IMG/VR virus record: IMGVR_UViG_3300037493_003022
Span: 1-64,000 of that record
Length of the DNA stretch: 64,000 nucleotides
DNA from: a virus
Direction: 5' to 3' (one strand)
Under the pieces are notes generated by a model. It did no database searches. It worked only from the letters and a program-made list of their open reading frames with translations, and was not told the DNA's origin. Position numbers and translations under genes: made by a program. Within the stretch, counting starts at the first letter, position 1. Every line of letters begins with the position of its first letter. Of this stretch, positions 58,840 to 64,000 are shown piece after piece.

Positions 58840-58882
58840 TTGTGCTCCTTTGCACCACCTAGTTAATGGTGGTGTTTGTTTT

Positions 58883-58924
58883 CATGTATTGAGTATATAC
58901 ACAGCTTCGATTAGCTTCAAGATG
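58883..58924 (-). promoter_or_regulatory. sigma70-like promoter, CATCTTG-N20-TATACT-N6-ATG (TTGAAG-N17-TATACT)
   Basis: Near-consensus -35/-10; the ATG at predicted +1 opens MKTNTTIN* (58859-58885). Confidence 0.7.
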
Positions 58925-59900
58925 TTTTGTGAAGCTGTGTTTTTATTATGTCAACCATGTTTCTAACCACCACGGAACTTCTAAAGTTCTCTACTGAGTT
59001 ACTAGGACATTCATACTTACCACTATACGCATCGGATACTTTCCTCTGTGCATCTCCGATAACATATTGAGGGTACATGTACTCTTCTGATAGATACTCG
59101 GAGAAGGGAAGCATGTTAGGAACTACAGGAACAGCTCCAGCCATAATTCCCTCTACCACAGAAGTATTAAGAGTGTCTCTCATTGATGCGTTAAATATGA
59201 CTCTCGCGCGTCTCATTAGGGTATAATAAGACTCGCCTTGCAGATATTTAACACAGAATCCGGCTTGCGTGATTGTGTTTAGATACTCATGCTCCGGTCC
59301 ATTGGAGTTATGGATAGGAGTATTGTATCCTGCTGCAAACACAACTACATCTTTGAACGGAGCAAGTATCTGCATGGCAACCATAGGAAGTCGGTCGTTA
59401 GCCAACCTTCCAGATACGACTATCAATTCTTTACTGCTAGCGCAGGGTTTGGAAAATTTCTTCTCGTCAACAGGAAACCCTATTACGTGCATCGTATCCA
59501 TGTTGCACGAATGGTAAAACATCCAAAAACTACGCAGAGAATGGGCAGTATTAAAGAAGATTCCTGCAAATCTCTCTCTGTCAAGGTCTCTCCCAAACTC
59601 CTCGTAGAACTCTTTCTGCTGTGGCCAGTCGTAGAAACCAAATAGCTCCGGTCCTCCGTGGTGATGCGCGAAGACAGGCTCGTGTCGTGACTCCGCGAAA
59701 TCGAGCCACTTCTTGTACCCGTAATCGGTGTCTCCCATCATCAACCAGAAATCCACTGGAAGACAGGTTAGGTGGTCGGGTTTCTCGGCGGGGAATACAG
59801 ATACCTGATGTCCCAGCTTCAACAACTCCGATACTACGTTGTGGAAGTACGAGAACGTCCACGTACCCTCGAGTGGTTCCCCAATAAATCCGATGTGCAT
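58917..59900 (-). CDS. GT-B fold glycosyltransferase (GT4-like)
   Basis: MHIGFI..L.KLGHQVSVF; HHHGG; IVVSGRL..P; Y..LMRRARVIFNAS.RDTLNTSVVEGIMAGAVPVVPN. Confidence 0.8.
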   Translation of the reverse strand: MHIGFIGEPLEGTWTFSYFHNVVSELLKLGHQVSVFPAEKPDHLTCLPVDFWLMMGDTDYGYKKWLDFAESRHEPVFAHHHGGPELFGFYDWPQQKEFYEEFGRDLDRERFAGIFFNTAHSLRSFWMFYHSCNMDTMHVIGFPVDEKKFSKPCASSKELIVVSGRLANDRLPMVAMQILAPFKDVVVFAAGYNTPIHNSNGPEHEYLNTITQAGFCVKYLQGESYYTLMRRARVIFNASMRDTLNTSVVEGIMAGAVPVVPNMLPFSEYLSEEYMYPQYVIGDAQRKVSDAYSGKYECPSNSVENFRSSVVVRNMVDIIKTQLHKTS

Positions 59901-59910
59901 GGTGTTTCCT

Positions 59911-60531
59911 TTAAAGTGGGTCGATACAATCTGGCGTTGAACCCGGCACGTTTACGCACTTCTGCCATCCCATGCAATACGTATTTGTTCTTTCAACAGA
60001 TTTTCCGTTTAAGCAGACACTCTCACACTTAATCTCAGTCCTATCGCAACCACAGTAACCTGAGCTATCGCACTCTTGGCAGGCCCCGTTAATAATATCC
60101 CACTGACCAAAACGATCACAAGTGTATAGAGCGTTGTCGTAACACAAAAAATCACCTTGTCTATAGCAAGGGTTGTTACGAGGATTGCTATCTGTTTCTA
60201 CGAAGGTATCCGTCGATTCGGTTTGCGTATCGCTTGTTTCCGAGGAGGTAGAACTTGTTGGGATTTCAGTCTCTGTCTGAGTTCCCGGTGAAACCGTATC
60301 GATGCTCGTGTCTGAAGATACCGGAGTCTCAGTTTCCACGGAAGATTCTGTAGTTTGCGAAGAGCTGGAAGAGCTGTCGTTGTCAGTAGCAGTATCAGAG
60401 CCACTGGGATCAGTATCAGCACTCCCTGTAGAAGTATCTCCAGAATCTGCATCGAGATCTCCTTCTGCTTTCTCAGACACCATTGCTGAGCATCCACACA
60501 CTGCGAACAAAACGATGAGCAACTTCTTCAT
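59911..60531 (-). CDS. lipoprotein with Ser/Thr/Asp-rich stalk and 12-Cys C-terminal domain
   Basis: MKKLLIVLFAVCGC lipobox; ~100-aa S/T/D/E tract; 12 Cys in the last ~85 aa. Confidence 0.75.
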   Translation of the reverse strand: MKKLLIVLFAVCGCSAMVSEKAEGDLDADSGDTSTGSADTDPSGSDTATDNDSSSSSSQTTESSVETETPVSSDTSIDTVSPGTQTETEIPTSSTSSETSDTQTESTDTFVETDSNPRNNPCYRQGDFLCYDNALYTCDRFGQWDIINGACQECDSSGYCGCDRTEIKCESVCLNGKSVERTNTYCMGWQKCVNVPGSTPDCIDPL

Positions 60532-60564
60532 AATACACCTCTTCTGGTTGTTTGAAACCTTTGG

Positions 60565-60870
60565 TTATTCGAGATTTAAACGCTTCTTCAAGGCATTCGA
60601 GGATAACTTAGTGCTATCCGTTCTAGTTACGTACACGCGGTATGAAGTTCCGTCTGTCATGTAGATGTTTATACTGTCATCGTCCGCACCTGATCTTTCT
60701 ATAGACTTTATCACAGTCTGTGTTTTAGAAAGTTCGTTTGCAGCCATATTCAGGTCTTCTGAAGCAGACCTATCCTTTGACCAGTTATCCATAGCTTCCA
60801 GAGACAGAAACACAACTTCTGCTAAGTCAACACGAGTCTTCGCTCGGACAATGCGTCTTTGTTCGCTCAT
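60565..60870 (-). CDS. hypothetical protein (start probably MSEQRR)
   Basis: ATGA coupling with the stop of the methyltransferase gene. Confidence 0.6.
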   Translation of the reverse strand: MSEQRRIVRAKTRVDLAEVVFLSLEAMDNWSKDRSASEDLNMAANELSKTQTVIKSIERSGADDDSINIYMTDGTSYRVYVTRTDSTKLSSNALKKRLNLE

Positions 60871-61469
60871 GGCTTCTGGTACGCCCTGTAGATGCAAGTG
60901 TTCAGCTCTACTTCTTTGATTCGTCGATTGTAGACTTCGAGTCTCACTACCGCCTCGAATACCGTCTTCGCGTCCCAAAGTTCCGCTGGAAAGGGAAGTT
61001 GGCTACACATGCCTTGTAGAATCCCGGTCACGAGCAAGAGGCCACCGGGGTTAACGAACCCGTGGTAGAACTTCTCACAGGCCAGGATGTTCTCTTCGGG
61101 GTCCGCGTTTCGCTCGAAGAAATCGGAGACGACGCAGAGGTCAACCGGCCCAGGCAGCTTCTTCCACCCCTCTTCGTCGAGAGCATCAGCCACTCGAACC
61201 GGCGTCTGGCAGCGATGAAAAGCGTCCCTTGCCGGGCGTTCGCTGATTTCAACTGCGTAGCTCCCGCCAGCTCGAGGGAGCATTGTGCTCTCCAGGTGGC
61301 GAAGCAACCCGCCTTCACCGCAGCCGATTTCGCAGAAGTTTCCAATCCGGTCATACATGAGCTGCTGGGCAATTCCGGCCGTCAAAGGCCATCGATTCCT
61401 AACGCGATACCCGAACGGATCTTCCACTTGATACAGTTCATCCATCTCTGCTTTGATGTCTCTTGTCAT
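60867..61469 (-). CDS. class I SAM-dependent methyltransferase, NodS-like
   Basis: DELYQVEDPFGY, EIGCGEG, AVEISE, DLCVVSD, PGGLLLV. Confidence 0.8.
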   Translation of the reverse strand: MTRDIKAEMDELYQVEDPFGYRVRNRWPLTAGIAQQLMYDRIGNFCEIGCGEGGLLRHLESTMLPRAGGSYAVEISERPARDAFHRCQTPVRVADALDEEGWKKLPGPVDLCVVSDFFERNADPEENILACEKFYHGFVNPGGLLLVTGILQGMCSQLPFPAELWDAKTVFEAVVRLEVYNRRIKEVELNTCIYRAYQKP

Positions 61470-61472
61470 GAC

Positions 61473-61775
61473 TTACTCCATTAGTAGGTTCACACCTGTG
61501 CGTTTAAAGAAATCATGACACTCAGAACCGGACATGGCAACTCTCCCGTTATAGACACGAATCCCGGTAGTCCCTGGTGTGAGAGCCAAGACAGTAATTT
61601 TATCCGATGACGGTTGATAGAGGAGACTGAATTCCTTGTACCCGCCTAGTTGATTCAAAATCAACTTTGCATGAATGCAGTACGCGGCATAAGAGATCTC
61701 TCTAGTTCCAACAGAGTCCTTTTCAAAATGGATTGAAAACGTCTCACCGTTAACAATCATCTTCGCCGATTTCAT
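61473..61775 (-). CDS. hypothetical protein
   Basis: SD GGAGG; ATGA coupling. Confidence 0.6.
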   Translation of the reverse strand: MKSAKMIVNGETFSIHFEKDSVGTREISYAAYCIHAKLILNQLGGYKEFSLLYQPSSDKITVLALTPGTTGIRVYNGRVAMSGSECHDFFKRTGVNLLME

Positions 61776-62179
61776 TTCGGTTCCTCCACAGCACAGAGCA
61801 CTTTGACGTGCTCTTTAATCAGGTACTCGACTAGGTTGCAGCCATGACCTTTAACATCTGCCCACAGGTTGTTGCTTCCGTCGATGCGGACAGGAATGAC
61901 AAACTTGCTACCATCCTCACGTTCGCACCAGAACCACCAAGGAAAGCCGGGGCGAACCCTGGAGAACATGGCCACGAAGCGTTTCGATATTTCTTCGAAC
62001 TTAACCCTGTGTGCCTGCATCTCCGGTGGGACATCGGAGTCATCCCAGATGAAGTTCTTCCGCATTCGAGCGATGCGTTCTTCCTTGCTCTCCGTGTCCT
62101 CAGGTTCAAACACGCCGCTCATGACATCAACCCCTGTACGGTAAAAGTAAAACCCAGCCCATCGAGTTCCTGGCAGCAC
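61772..62179 (-). CDS. hypothetical protein (start probably MSGVFEP at 62122)
   Basis: ATGA coupling at 62119-62122; PWWFW motif. Confidence 0.55.
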   Translation of the reverse strand: MLPGTRWAGFYFYRTGVDVMSGVFEPEDTESKEERIARMRKNFIWDDSDVPPEMQAHRVKFEEISKRFVAMFSRVRPGFPWWFWCEREDGSKFVIPVRIDGSNNLWADVKGHGCNLVEYLIKEHVKVLCAVEEPK

Positions 62180-62433
62180 GCCACAAACGACATGCTGTTG
62201 ACATACGCCGGAACGCGGAAGTTCATCTCGGTCTCTCCAGTATGTTGGCTCTCTGTCATCCCTCGCAACTGCATCCCGAATCCGACCGCCTGCCGGTAGC
62301 AGCAGAGGTCATCGAGTGCATTCGAGAATGCGAGTCGGTACTGCTTCCCACTGACATCTTGAAGAACGCCCACACGGCAAGTGTCCCGGTTAAAGCCATC
62401 AAACACACGGCGCATACGTAGGGCAGTCTCCAT
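62119..62433 (-). CDS. hypothetical protein
   Basis: SD GAAGGAG upstream of METALR. Confidence 0.55.
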   Translation of the reverse strand: METALRMRRVFDGFNRDTCRVGVLQDVSGKQYRLAFSNALDDLCCYRQAVGFGMQLRGMTESQHTGETEMNFRVPAYVNSMSFVACCQELDGLGFTFTVQGLMS

Positions 62434-62612
62434 TGAAACTCCTTCTCAGGTTGGACCTCAAGGGTCATGGGTTGAGGTTGCACAGGAAACATAGAGGGTC
62501 CTTGAGCAGCCATTTCGGCTCTGACAGATTTCAGTGAAGCCATCCTGGAGAGATGCAGGTTCATGGGATGGGCAGAAGAAAGAGGATGTTGGTTTGTTTG
62601 GTGTGTTTTCAT
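62256..62612 (-). CDS. possible leaderless ORF (MKTHQTNQ..)
   Basis: ATG 6 nt after TATAAT; overlaps 62119..62433 by 178 nt, so uncertain. Confidence 0.3.
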   Translation of the reverse strand: MKTHQTNQHPLSSAHPMNLHLSRMASLKSVRAEMAAQGPSMFPVQPQPMTLEVQPEKEFQWRLPYVCAVCLMALTGTLAVWAFFKMSVGSSTDSHSRMHSMTSAATGRRSDSGCSCEG

Positions 62613-62647
62613 ATTAAGATTATAAGAGGTAGCTTTAGTTAAAGATA
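62610..62647 (-). promoter_or_regulatory. promoter TATAAT-N6-ATG with TATCTTT 16 nt upstream of the -10 box
   Basis: Perfect -10 box at 62619-62624; A/C-rich initial transcript like the other family members. Confidence 0.55.
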
Positions 62648-62753
62648 GTAGTTTATGACATCTTTATTTAGTCTCATGCCTTGCAGACTGTTTATTAGAT
62701 TCTCAATGTTAAAATTCGCGGGGTTCCTCGTTCTACACCTGGAAGGTGCTGTT

Positions 62754-62821
62754 GGCTTGTTTTGGCTTATTTGGGCTTGTTGTCTTTGTTAACCCTATTT
62801 GTAAACTGCTAACCCTATTTG
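62754..62821. repeat. helically phased short direct repeats
   Basis: GGCTT(G/A)TT at 62754, 62764, 62774; TAACCCTATTTG at 62790 and 62810. Confidence 0.75.
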
Positions 62822-62914
62822 CTAATTAGTTATAGCTTGGTGGTGGGGTGTGGGTGGGCAGACTTAACTAGCTTAACGTGGATGCAAGTAACCAAAATTT
62901 GTACGAGGGATTAA

Positions 62915-62968
62915 TAAGACCCGTAGAGTATCGATTTCGTAATCCAGAATGGCTAAGACCCGTAGAGT
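62915..62968. repeat. 15-bp direct repeat TAAGACCCGTAGAGT x2
   Basis: Exact copies at 62915-62929 and 62954-62968; degenerate third copy near 62978. Confidence 0.85.
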
Positions 62969-63030
62969 GACGAGAGCTAGGACCCCGAGCCATCTGGTCG
63001 GCGATTGAGGTCAAACCCATCGTCGACCGT

Positions 63031-63047
63031 TTGGCACGATTCGTGCT
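63031..63047 (+). promoter_or_regulatory. sigma54-type -24/-12 promoter motif
   Basis: TTGGCACGATTCGTGCT: GG(63033-34)-N10-GC(63045-46), versus consensus TGGCACG-N4-TTGCW. Confidence 0.5.
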
Positions 63048-63065
63048 AAGGGAAAGGGCAGGGTG

Positions 63066-63614
63066 TTAGTCCCCTGCGGCCCGTGCCGCTTTTGCTACCT
63101 GCCTAGCGGCAATCGCAGCGGCTTTGACGGCCAGGATTGCGGCGCGCTCATCGGATTCAGCGTAATGCCAAGCACGGGAGATACGGGTGCGGACAGTGGC
63201 GTCTTGCGGCACAGCGGCCGACACAGACACATCAACCACAACTACGTCGCTTGAATTGCTAGCGGTTTTGCCGGTGATTGGGTTAACCCAACCGGAATTG
63301 ATCTTGTTCATGTGGCGGATAGCGTGTTTGTGATCGTTAGTGAAACCGAGGCAATAGCGCCCATCGGGACCGTCACCCACCCACGCCCACGCACAGACCT
63401 TGCTGGCCGATACCATCTTCGTGAACACACGGCCCGTGGTTGGGTCGTTAGCTACCATGTAGACCATACCATCGGGGGCAGCGACGGGGGCGACAGGGGC
63501 GAGGTCGGTTCCCTCTTCGATCGCGTCCACGAGCAAAGCCAACTCCTCGCGATTCATGATAGCATTCTCGGGATTGGCCAACTCGACGATAGCTGTTTTC
63601 TTGTTCCTTGCCAT
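63066..63614 (-). CDS. hypothetical protein, isolated early-type gene
   Basis: SD AGAGGA; own promoter; flanked by non-coding DNA. Confidence 0.7.
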   Translation of the reverse strand: MARNKKTAIVELANPENAIMNREELALLVDAIEEGTDLAPVAPVAAPDGMVYMVANDPTTGRVFTKMVSASKVCAWAWVGDGPDGRYCLGFTNDHKHAIRHMNKINSGWVNPITGKTASNSSDVVVVDVSVSAAVPQDATVRTRISRAWHYAESDERAAILAVKAAAIAARQVAKAARAAGD

Positions 63615-63706
63615 TGTGAATCCTCTTTTGAGCGCGTGACTTGTTCGCGCTCTGTAGTGGCGAGTTGTTTGTGTCTCGCCGTTTCAATCAACCATCAACC
63701 ATCTAC

Positions 63707-63734
63707 ATAATGACACAACGGCAGAAGGAGTCAA
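63707..63734 (-). promoter_or_regulatory. sigma70-like promoter
   Basis: TTGACT-N16-CATTAT with TG extension. Confidence 0.45.
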
Positions 63735-64000
63735 TAACTTTTCTCTGCTATTTTTAACTTGGACTAACTTATTTTCGGCATACTCTTTGCAAGTATATCT
63801 TTATCTATGGCAAGATTACCTAACCTTTTGTAACCCTAGGAAATCACTTGTCTTTTAGGAGTATGGAATTTGTGGTTATAGAAAACATGGAAGATGAGAA
63901 AGTGACGGACTAAAAGTAAAGTCGCTCTATGCTCGGTAAATTGTCGGGGCATACTAGCCTAGCCATAACCCTATGACGCGGCAGGAATAGGCGATTAGAT

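Noticed and set aside
62915-62990. Possible mini CRISPR array
   Set aside because: Only two 15-bp copies with a 24-bp gap, not palindromic, and no cas genes
1-64000. Alternative genetic code
   Set aside because: Known genes are full length and tightly coupled under the standard code; TAA, TAG and TGA all serve as stops

Overview
A 64-kb segment of a tailed dsDNA bacteriophage with a contractile tail; essentially every real gene is on the minus strand. In transcription order (right to left) it holds: a repeat-rich non-coding control region with small early-type genes; a NodS-like methyltransferase, a Cys-rich lipoprotein and a GT-B glycosyltransferase; a terminase large subunit split by two inteins; portal, scaffold and an N4-gp56-type major capsid protein; neck genes; a sheath/tube/baseplate module resembling extracellular contractile injection systems (eCIS), with a -1 frameshifted tail chaperone and a tape measure; two giant mosaic fibre genes (2271 and 2467 aa); probable decoration proteins; an atypical holin/spanin-like cassette; a GHKL-ATPase/zinc-peptidase fusion; and a replication module (initiator, DnaC-like loader, DnaB helicase, primase) interleaved with two cell-wall hydrolases. 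No integrase, tRNA, CRISPR array or reverse transcriptase was seen. The lipoprotein style and a sigma54-type motif hint at a myxobacterial or other deltaproteobacterial host (inference only). The most notable signals are a recurring promoter architecture (YATCTTK-N20-[-10 box]-N6-ATG) predicting leaderless transcripts with short A/C-rich leader peptides, an antisense sigma54-like promoter with upstream direct repeats, and the glycosyltransferase/mucin-like lipoprotein/methyltransferase cluster. All family assignments are from motif recognition by eye; no database searches were run.
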